Notes under the pieces: model-generated
What the model saw: only the letters and a program-made list of their open reading frames with translations
Databases searched by the model: none
What the model was told of the DNA's origin: nothing
Made by a program: the position numbers and the translations under genes
Shown: one piece after another, positions 43,425 to 52,251 of the stretch
Position numbering within the stretch: the first letter of the stretch is position 1
How the letters are laid out: every line of letters starts with the position of its first letter
Assembly: GCA_016217925.1 (NCBI GenBank)
Contig: JACRFK010000009.1
Location: 33,191 to 97,190 of the forward strand
From: Candidatus Kaiserbacteria bacterium
Lineage (GTDB): Bacteria; Patescibacteriota; Minisyncoccia; Phycocordibacterales; UBA2100
Length of the DNA: 64,000 nucleotides
Direction: 5' to 3'

Positions 43425-44069
43425 GTGATGAAATATATTTCATGGGCAACAGGTCTTGCGGTCGCAAGCGCCATTGTGATGATGGGCGCTTTTCTTTTTG
43501 CGGTGCCATGGGTGAGTGCGAGCGCAGCACAACAGCTGACGTTATGCGCTCAAAAGAGCGGGGTCGTGTTCGTTGTGGGAGAAGGATTCCGACGCACTGA
43601 GTGCAGAGGCAACGAAAGACTTATCAGATTGGACGTAAGCCGTGGCGAACAAGGTCCCGCAGGCCCAGCGGGTCCGCAGGGTCCAAAAGGAGACAAAGGC
43701 GACAAGGGTGATACAGGTGATACCGGCCCGGTCGGTCCGGAAGGTCCACAAGGCCCACAGGGGCAGAAGGGCGAACAGGGTGTTGCCGGCAACAGCGGTG
43801 CAGTGCGCATCGAAGGCACACCGATTTCTTCTGCACCGGGGGCCGGCGGTGGTGCCCAAGTGACGGCTACCGCAACGTGCCCGACCGGAGTACTTCTTGG
43901 TGGTGGTGCCAACGTTACGAACTCGTCGGGGACTTCGAACGGCAGCGTCATTCTTTCGTCTTCATATCCGAGCGACGCGACCACATGGACTGCAGTAGGG
44001 ACTGTGCGCGCAGTTCTCGCAGCGAGCGCTGAAATGGTCGTGCAGGCATTCGCGCTCTGTTCGCTCTAA
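43425..44069 (+). CDS. Collagen-like triple-helix repeat protein with C-terminal globular domain
   Basis: Signal peptide. ~26 uninterrupted G-X-Y triplets (GPAGPAGPQGPKGDKGDKGDTGDTGPVGPEGPQGPQGQKGEQG). ~95-aa Cys-containing C-terminal domain. Confidence 0.75.
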   Translation: MMKYISWATGLAVASAIVMMGAFLFAVPWVSASAAQQLTLCAQKSGVVFVVGEGFRRTECRGNERLIRLDVSRGEQGPAGPAGPQGPKGDKGDKGDTGDTGPVGPEGPQGPQGQKGEQGVAGNSGAVRIEGTPISSAPGAGGGAQVTATATCPTGVLLGGGANVTNSSGTSNGSVILSSSYPSDATTWTAVGTVRAVLAASAEMVVQAFALCSL

Positions 44070-44113
44070 TTCTCGCTGTAATCGAATGGGCCGCGTTCTC
44101 CACCAAGGCTTGT

Positions 44114-44830
44114 TTGCAGGGTGTGAGTTCCGTCCTACTATACAGGTATATGCGCAGCATACTCACGTTAGGAGCCGCCGCGCTCATCGTCGCTCTTATT
44201 ATTGTGAATGGTCCGGCCCTTTCCCATTCCCGGCTCGTCCTAAATCCGGCTGCTCAAGCGGGCGCGGCGGTCTTCATATACGACGAGGACGGGTACCCGG
44301 TTATTTTCGATGAAGTGTATCCGGATTATGTCGTAAACGATCAGCCGGGTATGTTCTACACGCCTTGGGATGACTACGACTACTACTACGATTACTACAA
44401 CTACGGAACCGGCTACGGCCCGTACGACTATTCTTCAGGCGACGTTACCTATTACGATACATGGGATACGTACTACTACGAGCCGCCTCCGCCGCCTCCG
44501 CCGAGCCCCTGGTACGTGCAGGCGCTTCCGGGTGTCGGCAGCATTGCGCAACCTATCGTGCAGGGCATTGCTCCGCAGACGAAAGTATCGCCGCGTCCCA
44601 CGTGTTCCATCTCCTCAAGCTCGTCTACCGTCGCATCCGGCGGCTCTGTGATACTTCGCTGGACATCCCAAGGAGCGGAATGGAGCGACCTCACCGAGCT
44701 CGGTATCGTGAGCGCGAGCGGTTCATGGCAATTCGACAGTATGACACGCAGCAGAACGTTCGTCCTCAACCTTTCGGGTCCGGGTGGCACCGGCAGCTGC
44801 TCCACGGTCGTTACCGTCCTGCCGCGTTGA
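44114..44830 (+). CDS. Secreted Tyr/Asp-rich hypothetical protein
   Basis: Signal peptide. YDYYYDYYNYGTGYGPYDY low-complexity region. PPPPPPPSP. C-terminal beta-rich domain. Confidence 0.5.
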   Translation: MQGVSSVLLYRYMRSILTLGAAALIVALIIVNGPALSHSRLVLNPAAQAGAAVFIYDEDGYPVIFDEVYPDYVVNDQPGMFYTPWDDYDYYYDYYNYGTGYGPYDYSSGDVTYYDTWDTYYYEPPPPPPPSPWYVQALPGVGSIAQPIVQGIAPQTKVSPRPTCSISSSSSTVASGGSVILRWTSQGAEWSDLTELGIVSASGSWQFDSMTRSRTFVLNLSGPGGTGSCSTVVTVLPR

Positions 44831-44871
44831 TGGGCAAGTAGTACAAGCCGCGGGTCTGATAGAATGTCACG

Positions 44872-46038
44872 ATGGCCGACAAGGAGTTTCCCGAAGGCTT
44901 CCTGTGGGGCGCTTCTACGGCTGCCTACCAAGTCGAAGGCGGCATTGAAAATGTGGATTGGGCGGAAGCCGCCCGGGAGGGGAAGGTACCCGAAGCCGGA
45001 AGAGCTTGCGACTTTTATAATCGCTTTGGATCTGATTTTGAAATTGCCGCGAGTCTCGGGATGAACGCTCAACGCTTCTCGATAGAATGGGCACGCATTG
45101 AGCCGGAAGAGGGAAAGTTCAACGAGCGAGAGATAGAACACTACCGCGCGGTTCTCGAGAGGCTCAAAGCGAGCGGCGTTACCCCGATGGTGAATCTCTG
45201 GCACTTCACGCTCCCTTTGTGGTTCTCGGAACGAGGCGGATTTTTGGAGAAGGGCGCGCCGGAGATATTCGCGCGGTACTGTCGCTTCGTCGTGGAGCGA
45301 TTGGGGGGTTATGCAGACCTCTGGCTTACCCACAATGAGCCGATAGTGTACTCCAGCAAAGGATTTTGGGATGGCGTCTGGCCGCCGTTTCTGAGAAATC
45401 CTCTGCAGTACCTGCGTGTGATATATGCAGTTGCCGCCGCACATCGTACCGCATACACAGCGATGAAGACCGTGCGTCCGAGCATTCAGATAGGGATCGC
45501 AAAGCACAATATTTTCTTTGAGTCGAATTCAAATCCGTTGAATCGGCTGCTCTGCGTGTGCTCGGATTGGTTCTGGAATCACCGATTCTTGCGGCTCATC
45601 GAGGGATATCAAGACTTCATCGGTCTCAACCATTACCATCACAAGAAATACGGTGCGACATCGCGCGAGCGAGAGACCGCGGTGCGCTCCGACATGGGCT
45701 GGGAAATACACCCAACGTCCCTCTACCACTGCCTTATCGCTCTCAAGCGGTACGGGCTTCCTCTCTACGTCTCCGAACACGGACTTGCGGATGCGGCGGA
45801 TGTACATCGGCCTGAATTCATAAAGAACGCCGCACGCGCAGTACACCGTGCGATAGAGGAAGGAGCACCGGTCAGGGGGTACTTCCATTGGTCACTGCTC
45901 GATAACTACGAGTGGACGGAAGGTTTTACGAAACGCTTCGGGCTCATCGAGGTGAATTACGATACACTCGAACGCACTATCCGGCCGAGCGCGTACGTGT
46001 ATAAACAGATAATCGAGCGGAATGCTCTGATAGACTAA
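44872..46038 (+). CDS. Glycoside hydrolase family 1 (beta-glucosidase-like), short form
   Basis: N-terminal GH1 signature FPEGFLWGASTAAYQVEGG. NEP acid/base (LTHNEP). Nucleophile region YVSEHG. Confidence 0.75.
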   Translation: MADKEFPEGFLWGASTAAYQVEGGIENVDWAEAAREGKVPEAGRACDFYNRFGSDFEIAASLGMNAQRFSIEWARIEPEEGKFNEREIEHYRAVLERLKASGVTPMVNLWHFTLPLWFSERGGFLEKGAPEIFARYCRFVVERLGGYADLWLTHNEPIVYSSKGFWDGVWPPFLRNPLQYLRVIYAVAAAHRTAYTAMKTVRPSIQIGIAKHNIFFESNSNPLNRLLCVCSDWFWNHRFLRLIEGYQDFIGLNHYHHKKYGATSRERETAVRSDMGWEIHPTSLYHCLIALKRYGLPLYVSEHGLADAADVHRPEFIKNAARAVHRAIEEGAPVRGYFHWSLLDNYEWTEGFTKRFGLIEVNYDTLERTIRPSAYVYKQIIERNALID

Positions 46039-46042
46039 CGAG

Positions 46043-46936
46043 ATGATTTTGTGGATCGCGCTTGCGGCTCTCGCCCAGCTCATTTCGGCTGGGATTGTGC
46101 TTGTGGACAAATACGTCCTCGTGAGCCACGCCCATTTGGGCAAGCCCGTGGTGTACGCGTTTTACATCAGCGTCATGTCGGGGTTCGTCCTCGTCCTCGT
46201 GCCTTTTGGCGTCATCTCAATCCCGTCGCTCACCGTTCTCGCGCTCGCCATGCTTGCATCGGTGACGTTCATACTGTCAGTTCTTTTTCTCTACACCGCC
46301 CTCAAGCGCGGCAATGCCTCGGACGCTATACCCATCGTGGGTGCGGTATCCGCGATCGTAACGGCGCATCTTGCCTTCGTATTTCTCCACCAAGATCTTC
46401 CCCGCGCTTTCCTTCCGGCGTTCGCCTTGCTCGTCCTCGGCACGGTGCTCATATCGCACTTCAAACTCACATGGAAGTCGCTTGGGTTCGTGGTGGCGTC
46501 CGGCGTATTTTTTGGCGCATCTGCGCTACTGACCAAGCTTATTTTCCAGGAAACAGATTTTATCAACGGATTCTTTTGGTCGCGTATGACCAATGTTGTC
46601 GGGGCTCTGTTCCTGCTTGCCATACCCGCGAACCGTCACGCGATATTCCACGGGTATCGTACGTCGTCACATGGTATGAAATGGTTGGTCATATCGAACA
46701 AAGCGCTCGGCGGCGTCGCTGCGTTCCTGACACTTCTCGCCATCAGTCTGGGGAGCGTCACCATCGTAAACGCGATGGCCGGACTCCAATTCGTATTCCT
46801 CCTCTCGTTCGCCTTTTTGGGCGCGCGGTGGATCCCGCGCGTCTTCAAAGGCGAGGTCCACCCGCACCAATTTCCGCACCAGGTGTACGGCATCCTCTGC
46901 GTCGTAGCGGGTATCGCCGCGTTGTTCGTCGTATGA
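46043..46936 (+). CDS. DMT-superfamily (EamA-like) transporter
   Basis: ~10 TM helices in two similar halves, typical of EamA/DMT permeases. Confidence 0.55.
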   Translation: MILWIALAALAQLISAGIVLVDKYVLVSHAHLGKPVVYAFYISVMSGFVLVLVPFGVISIPSLTVLALAMLASVTFILSVLFLYTALKRGNASDAIPIVGAVSAIVTAHLAFVFLHQDLPRAFLPAFALLVLGTVLISHFKLTWKSLGFVVASGVFFGASALLTKLIFQETDFINGFFWSRMTNVVGALFLLAIPANRHAIFHGYRTSSHGMKWLVISNKALGGVAAFLTLLAISLGSVTIVNAMAGLQFVFLLSFAFLGARWIPRVFKGEVHPHQFPHQVYGILCVVAGIAALFVV

Positions 46937-47937
46937 ACCGTTTGGTATGGCTCTCGGTCGTGGGCATCGTACTGCTCGGTGCGGCGTACCTCTTTTTGAC
47001 GCTGCGCCCGGTACCGGCGCACGTTACCTATGGCATAACGTTCAGTACGATGCAGGCAGAGCAACTTGGCCTCGATTGGAAGAATGTGTACGTCGCGATG
47101 CTGGACGACTTGAAAGTCCGTGATATCCGCATTCCTGCGTATTGGCAAAGAGTGGTGCCGAAAAAAGGCCGTTATGATTGGAGCGAACTTGATTTTGAGA
47201 TGAGTCAGGCGCAGATCCGGGATGCTCGAGTCATCCTTGCGGTAGGACGTCGTCTCCCGCGCTGGCCCGAGTGCCACATTCCCGATTGGGCACGCAGCCT
47301 TTCGTGGGAAGAGCAGAAAGAAGAATTACGAGGTTATATTACGGCAGTCGTACAAAGGTATAAAGAATTTCCCGCTGTGGCATATTGGCAAGTTGAAAAT
47401 GAGCCGTACCTCTCGGCGTTTGCCTTTGAGCACTGCGGAGCGCTCGACGAAGCCTTCCTCGAAGAAGAAATCGCGCTTGTGCACTCGCTCGACGCACGCC
47501 CCGTACTCGTGACCGACAGTGGCAACTTGGGAACATGGATAGGCCCCTACAAGAACGGGGACGCGTTCGGTACCAGCCTCTATATGTATTTTTGGAATCC
47601 GGAGCTGGGCCAATTCAAGACGAGACTTCCCGCATTCGTATACCGGATGAAAGAGAGAGCGGTGGAGCTTTTGTATGGACCGAAACCGACATTCCTCATT
47701 GAGCTCTCTCTGGAGCCGTGGCTCACGGGACCGACCGCCGAAGCCTCGCTTGAGACGCAGCTTTCGCGCATGGACATCGATAAGTTCGACGAGATAGTCG
47801 CTTACGCGCGCAAGACCTCGTTTGGGACACAATACCTCTGGGGCGTGGAGTGGTGGTACTACATGAAAGAAAAACAAGGACACCCCGAATTTTGGAAGGC
47901 CGCCAAAGAGCTCTACGCCGCACCGCCCGCGAACTGA
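46933..47937 (+). CDS. Glycoside hydrolase, clan GH-A TIM-barrel (GH5/GH42-like), signal-anchored
   Basis: Start ATG overlaps the upstream stop (ATGA). N-terminal TM. WQVENEPY (NEP acid/base motif). Later conserved E in LIELSLEPW. The track ORF 46051..47937 is a frame shadow for its first ~880 nt. Confidence 0.6.
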   Translation: MNRLVWLSVVGIVLLGAAYLFLTLRPVPAHVTYGITFSTMQAEQLGLDWKNVYVAMLDDLKVRDIRIPAYWQRVVPKKGRYDWSELDFEMSQAQIRDARVILAVGRRLPRWPECHIPDWARSLSWEEQKEELRGYITAVVQRYKEFPAVAYWQVENEPYLSAFAFEHCGALDEAFLEEEIALVHSLDARPVLVTDSGNLGTWIGPYKNGDAFGTSLYMYFWNPELGQFKTRLPAFVYRMKERAVELLYGPKPTFLIELSLEPWLTGPTAEASLETQLSRMDIDKFDEIVAYARKTSFGTQYLWGVEWWYYMKEKQGHPEFWKAAKELYAAPPAN

Positions 47938-47941
47938 GACC

Positions 47942-48700
47942 TCAGGCCGAGCAGGCGGCGAGGATTTCTTCGATGACTTGGAGCGTTTCAGGCGGACCGC
48001 TTACAGAGCGGGTCTCAATGCCGGTCGGAATGACGACCGCATCGTTGCCGCCGGGGTAGAGCGCATCGCCAACGTAGAGCATTTCGCCGATGGGAATGCC
48101 GAGGTGTTCCGAAAGCCACTTCACACCGTGAGATTTGTTCACGCCTTTGCGCGTGATGTCAATCGTCGTCACACCGCCCATCAAGACCTCGAATTCGGGA
48201 AGCTTGTTTTTAAGAGTGCTCCACAGGGACGCGCGCTTCGAGCCGTCTCGGTCCCACGAAGCCTTCACATCCGTGGGCGCATCTACACCGACATGCGTGT
48301 AGGCGACTTGCGCTCCACGATCTACTATCTGTTCCCCATAATGTGGAATGTCTTGGAGCTCCTTGAGAGCGCTCACGGTCTCCGTCATTACTGCTTTGAT
48401 GTGAGCACGTTCTTCTTCAGTAAGTGCGAGATCGTAAACCTGTTCCCACACCCCGTTCTTTTGGACGTACGCTTGCCCCGAACTCGCGGGAAATATGTAC
48501 AGGCGATCAGAGCGCGGATGTGCGGCGAGCACAGGAAGAAAGCGTTCTTCTATTTTTTGGAAACCTGTACCCGTCATGATTGCGACCGGCATCAAGTCCA
48601 GGGTCTTCTTCAGACCGTCAAGTACCTCCGGCGAGGGTGTGCGGAAACTTTCGGCAAGTGTGTCGTCGAGGTCGAAGAGTGCGGCGCGCGGGCATTGCAT
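47942..48700 (-). CDS. HAD-superfamily hydrolase (HAD-IIB-like)
   Basis: Motif I ALFDLDDTLA near the N-terminus. Motif IV YVGDALYPGGNDAV. Confidence 0.7.
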   Translation of the reverse strand: MQCPRAALFDLDDTLAESFRTPSPEVLDGLKKTLDLMPVAIMTGTGFQKIEERFLPVLAAHPRSDRLYIFPASSGQAYVQKNGVWEQVYDLALTEEERAHIKAVMTETVSALKELQDIPHYGEQIVDRGAQVAYTHVGVDAPTDVKASWDRDGSKRASLWSTLKNKLPEFEVLMGGVTTIDITRKGVNKSHGVKWLSEHLGIPIGEMLYVGDALYPGGNDAVVIPTGIETRSVSGPPETLQVIEEILAACSA

Positions 48701-48766
48701 GTAGTGAGATTACCATATTCCAAGCGCTCGCGGCGATTCTGTCGCACGTGGTACAATGGCGCCACT

Positions 48767-49357
48767 ATGGCATTTGAGCCCTTCGCCGCGCGCACGCATG
48801 AAAAGATGACGGAGGTTCTTATGAGCCCCGGTGCGCAGGGGCCCGCCATTCACTACTACATGGTCCGCGGCGGCTCCAAAAAGCGCAACATCACGGTTCT
48901 TGAAACGGGGACGGTCGGCTCGGAGTACATCAAGACGTACGGGCACTACCACATCGGCAATCTCGACGAAACATACTGGTTTTCCGCGGGTGAAGGTGTC
49001 GTACTTCAGCAAAAGCTTGTTGAGGAAAACGGTGTGGCGCAACCGGACAGAGTAGAGAAATTCCGCGCAGTGCGCGTCAAGCAGGGCGAGTCCGTTTACA
49101 TGCCGCCCGGCTACGGTCACCTCATGGTGAATACCGGTAAGACATGGCTCGTAATGGAGGACGATAGCCCCGTGGAGGGCGCGGAAGATTCCGCCTCAAC
49201 GCCGGGCCACGCGGATTACGAGATGGTCAAGCAGATGCACGGCTTTGCGTACTACGTCGTTGATAAAGGCGGCATACCGACGCTCGTCTCGAATCCGCGC
49301 TATAAGGAGGTTCGGAAAACGGATTTCGGCGGCATTGGAGTAGTAGATAGTCATTAG
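48767..49357 (+). CDS. Cupin-type glucose-6-phosphate isomerase (archaeal-type cPGI)
   Basis: TYGHYHIG ... GHLMVNTG ... His/Glu metal ligands in a ~190-aa cupin. Flanked by GH and ROK kinase genes. Start set at MAFEPFAAR. Confidence 0.55.
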   Translation: MAFEPFAARTHEKMTEVLMSPGAQGPAIHYYMVRGGSKKRNITVLETGTVGSEYIKTYGHYHIGNLDETYWFSAGEGVVLQQKLVEENGVAQPDRVEKFRAVRVKQGESVYMPPGYGHLMVNTGKTWLVMEDDSPVEGAEDSASTPGHADYEMVKQMHGFAYYVVDKGGIPTLVSNPRYKEVRKTDFGGIGVVDSH

Positions 49358-49430
49358 CCACTAGCCATTAGGAAAATGCAATTAGTACAAGTTCCTCGAA
49401 GCATCCTAGTGGCTAACCCCTAGTGGCTAA
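49353..49430. promoter_or_regulatory. Inverted/direct repeat cluster between the cPGI and ROK genes
   Basis: attagccactagccattag (49353-49371) is complementary to cctagtggctaa (49405-49416), which is repeated at 49419-49430. Confidence 0.35.
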
Positions 49431-49441
49431 TTACTAATTCT

Positions 49442-50230
49442 ATGTACATCGTAATGGATATTGGAGGGACCAATATGCGTGTCGCCGCCGTGACGAATGA
49501 TGTGTTGGGTGAAATCAAGAAAATAAAGACACCGCAAAATCCAAAGGAGGGAATTGCGAAGTTTGTTGCCCTTGCGCGTGAGTGTGCCGGCGGCGAAGAA
49601 ATCACGGCGGTTTCTGGTTGTATCTCGGGAAGCGTGGACGGCGCGGGTGCGCTGTCCGATGCGCGTAATTTGCGTGCGTGGGAAGGGACAAATATTGTGC
49701 GGGAACTTGCGGAGACCCTCAGCGTTCCAGTACATGTGGTCAATGACGCGGCATGCGCAGGATTGGGCGAGGCGTATGCAGGTGCGGGAAAAGGGGTGAA
49801 ATCGCTCGCGTATGTAACTGTCTCGACGGGTGTGGGAGGAGGGTGGGTCGTTGACGGAAAAATTGCCGCCGCGGGAGGCGTCGCAGGCATCAAGATCCGC
49901 GGCGCCGATCTCGAGGACCTCGTGTCTGGGACGGCAGTCACCAAGAAATTTGGCATCCATCCCAAGGACCTTGATTCACTGGAGGAGCGCAACAAACTCG
50001 CGGACACTCTTGCGGAAGGACTCCTTGTCCTCCTCGGACAATGGCCGTCCGATACCATCGTCCTCGGGGGCTCGATGATAGTCGGCGTGAACCCTGTTCC
50101 CGTTCCACGCGTGCAAGAGTCACTGGACAAGCTCTTTATGGGGCATCCAAAACCGGTAATAAAAATGGCAGAGCTCGGGGATAATGGCGGACTTACGGGA
50201 GGTATCGCTTTGCTCAAGCAGGGGAACTAG
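49442..50230 (+). CDS. ROK-family sugar kinase (glucokinase-like, no HTH)
   Basis: MYIVMDIGGTNMRVA N-terminal ATP-binding motif. ROK-like length 262 aa without an N-terminal DNA-binding domain. Confidence 0.75.
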   Translation: MYIVMDIGGTNMRVAAVTNDVLGEIKKIKTPQNPKEGIAKFVALARECAGGEEITAVSGCISGSVDGAGALSDARNLRAWEGTNIVRELAETLSVPVHVVNDAACAGLGEAYAGAGKGVKSLAYVTVSTGVGGGWVVDGKIAAAGGVAGIKIRGADLEDLVSGTAVTKKFGIHPKDLDSLEERNKLADTLAEGLLVLLGQWPSDTIVLGGSMIVGVNPVPVPRVQESLDKLFMGHPKPVIKMAELGDNGGLTGGIALLKQGN

Positions 50231-50840
50231 ATTCTTTGTTCTTTTTACTCTGCCGCAGATATTCCCGCACTACGGGGATGCATGTGGCGAGAATAATGAG
50301 GAGAATTATCGGTGTAAGATATTTCTCCACGCCAGGGACTTTTTCTCCCAAATAGAACCCAATGAACGTGACGCCCGCGCCCCAGATAACGGCGCCGGTG
50401 ATGTTGTAGATCAGGAATGTGCGGTATCGCATCTGTACGATACCGGCAACGATAGGGGCAAACGTGCGGATGATGGGTAAGAAGCGCGCAAGAACGATGG
50501 CGAGGACGCCGTGGTGCTCATAAAAATCCCGAGCGCGCACGAGATGTTCCTGTCGGAAGAATCGAGAGTCTTTCCGCTCGAACAACTTTATCCCGACCTT
50601 TGCACCGAACCAGTAGCCCGCACTGTCGCCCAAGATGGCGGCGAGCGTGAGGAGCGGGATAAGTATCCATACGTTGAAAACGCCCTGAGAGGCGAGGAGG
50701 CCGGCGGTAAAGAGCATGGAAGCGCCGGGGAGGAAGAAGCCGAAGAAAACCCCCGACTCGAGAAAAACCGCGGTAAAGAGCCCCGGATAGCCGACGAACT
50801 GTATGATGGAAACAAGATCAAGGTCGGGCATTCCGGGCAT
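50214..50840 (-). CDS. DedA/VTT-family membrane protein
   Basis: FLESGVFFGFFLPGASMLFTAGLLA ... GDSAGYWFG: classic DedA motifs. Confidence 0.8.
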   Translation of the reverse strand: MPGMPDLDLVSIIQFVGYPGLFTAVFLESGVFFGFFLPGASMLFTAGLLASQGVFNVWILIPLLTLAAILGDSAGYWFGAKVGIKLFERKDSRFFRQEHLVRARDFYEHHGVLAIVLARFLPIIRTFAPIVAGIVQMRYRTFLIYNITGAVIWGAGVTFIGFYLGEKVPGVEKYLTPIILLIILATCIPVVREYLRQSKKNKESSSPA

Positions 50841-50864
50841 TATACAAGCTTCCGACGAATGACC

Positions 50865-52214
50865 CTATGTGCGGGCGAGGTGCGGCAGAGGATACTTCTT
50901 GCAGAATATGCGTACTTCCTGCCGTATCTTCTTGAGGTTCGTATTTCGCTTGAGCTCCTTCTTGGCTTTCTCGAGGTACGCGGGACGGTCCTTCGTTTCG
51001 GTGGGTAGGCGATACTTGTGTGCTTCTTGGATTGCCCGCGCGACCCATTCACCAACTTTTTTCATCTCTGCTTCTTTCATGCCGCGGGTCGTCAGTGCGG
51101 GTGTGCCCAAGCGGACGCCGCTCGGATAGAAGGCGGATCCGGGGTCTTTGGGAATCGTATTCTTGTTCGCGGTCATTCCGGCGATTTCAAGTGCGTCGCT
51201 CGCAAAGTGTCCGCCGCCGGGGCCGAATACCGGCACAAGGTCGAGAAGGAGCAAATGATTTTCGGTGCCTCCCGAGACCAGCTTCAGGCCGTTTTTCTTG
51301 AGGCTCTCAGCGAGAGCCTTCGCGTTCCTCACAATCTGCTTGCCGTACGATTTGAATGCCGGCGTCGCGGCCTCTTTGAGTGCGATCGCGATCGCCGCTG
51401 TCTGATGGTTGTGAGGTCCACCCTGGAGACCCGGTATAATCGCTTTGTCTATCCGCTGGGCAAGCTCGGCATCCTTCGCGATGCCACGTGCCGTCGTCAT
51501 GATGATGCCGCCGCGCGGACCGCGGAGCGTTTTGTGCGTGGTTGTCGTGATGATGTGTGCGTGAGCGGCCGGACTCGGATGTGCGCCTGCGACAATGAGA
51601 CCCGCGACGTGCGCGATGTCGGCGGCAACGAATGCGCCGACCTCATCGGCGATCTCCATGAAAGATTTGTAGTCGTACAGGTACGGATACGCGGTCGCGC
51701 CGACCCAGATTAATTTCGGCTTGTGTTCGTGTGCGAGCTTCCTCACCTCTTCCATATCGATGCGTCCGTCTTCCCGCACATGGTAGGGAATGCTCTTGTA
51801 GAAGAGCGCGGTCGCGGAATATTTCCATCCGTGCGTCAGGTGTCCGCCGTCCGGGAGATTGAGGCCCATCACCGCGTCGCCCGGTTTGCAGATTGCCACG
51901 TACACGGCGAGATTTGCGGGACTTCCCGAGTAGGGTTGGACGTTGGCGAAGGGGACGCCGAAGATTTTCTTGGTGCGCTCGATTGCCTCTGTTTCAATCT
52001 GATCGATGAATTCATTGCCGCCGTAATAGCGCCGATTCGGGTACCCCTCGGAATATTTGTTGGTGAGGATGCTGCCCATCGCCTCCATCACGGCAGGAGA
52101 CGTGTAATTTTCCGAGGGAATGAGTTCGAGTCCGTCGGCCTGACGTTCCCACTCGCCCGCGATTGCTTTGTAAATTACTTTGTCCTCCTTTTTGATGCGT
52201 TTGTAGAGATCCAT
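50865..52214 (-). CDS. glyA: Serine hydroxymethyltransferase
   Basis: LELIPSENYTSPAVMEAMGS; PLP-binding Lys region TTTHKTLRGPRGG; 449 aa with C-terminal extension. Confidence 0.9.
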   Translation of the reverse strand: MDLYKRIKKEDKVIYKAIAGEWERQADGLELIPSENYTSPAVMEAMGSILTNKYSEGYPNRRYYGGNEFIDQIETEAIERTKKIFGVPFANVQPYSGSPANLAVYVAICKPGDAVMGLNLPDGGHLTHGWKYSATALFYKSIPYHVREDGRIDMEEVRKLAHEHKPKLIWVGATAYPYLYDYKSFMEIADEVGAFVAADIAHVAGLIVAGAHPSPAAHAHIITTTTHKTLRGPRGGIIMTTARGIAKDAELAQRIDKAIIPGLQGGPHNHQTAAIAIALKEAATPAFKSYGKQIVRNAKALAESLKKNGLKLVSGGTENHLLLLDLVPVFGPGGGHFASDALEIAGMTANKNTIPKDPGSAFYPSGVRLGTPALTTRGMKEAEMKKVGEWVARAIQEAHKYRLPTETKDRPAYLEKAKKELKRNTNLKKIRQEVRIFCKKYPLPHLART

Positions 52215-52251
52215 GGGGATGAAATGAAAAAAATAATGGTATGTCGGGTAA

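Noticed and set aside
46051-46935. First ~880 nt of track ORF 46051..47937 (628 aa)
   Set aside because: It is read in a frame overlapping the 10-TM EamA-like gene 46043..46936 and has Arg/Pro-rich nonsense composition. The real gene begins at the ATG at 46933 (N-terminal TM, GH clan-A motifs).
47978-48766. First ~790 nt of track ORF 47978..49357 (459 aa)
   Set aside because: Antisense to the HAD hydrolase gene (47942..48700). The cupin PGI homology starts only at the Met at 48767.
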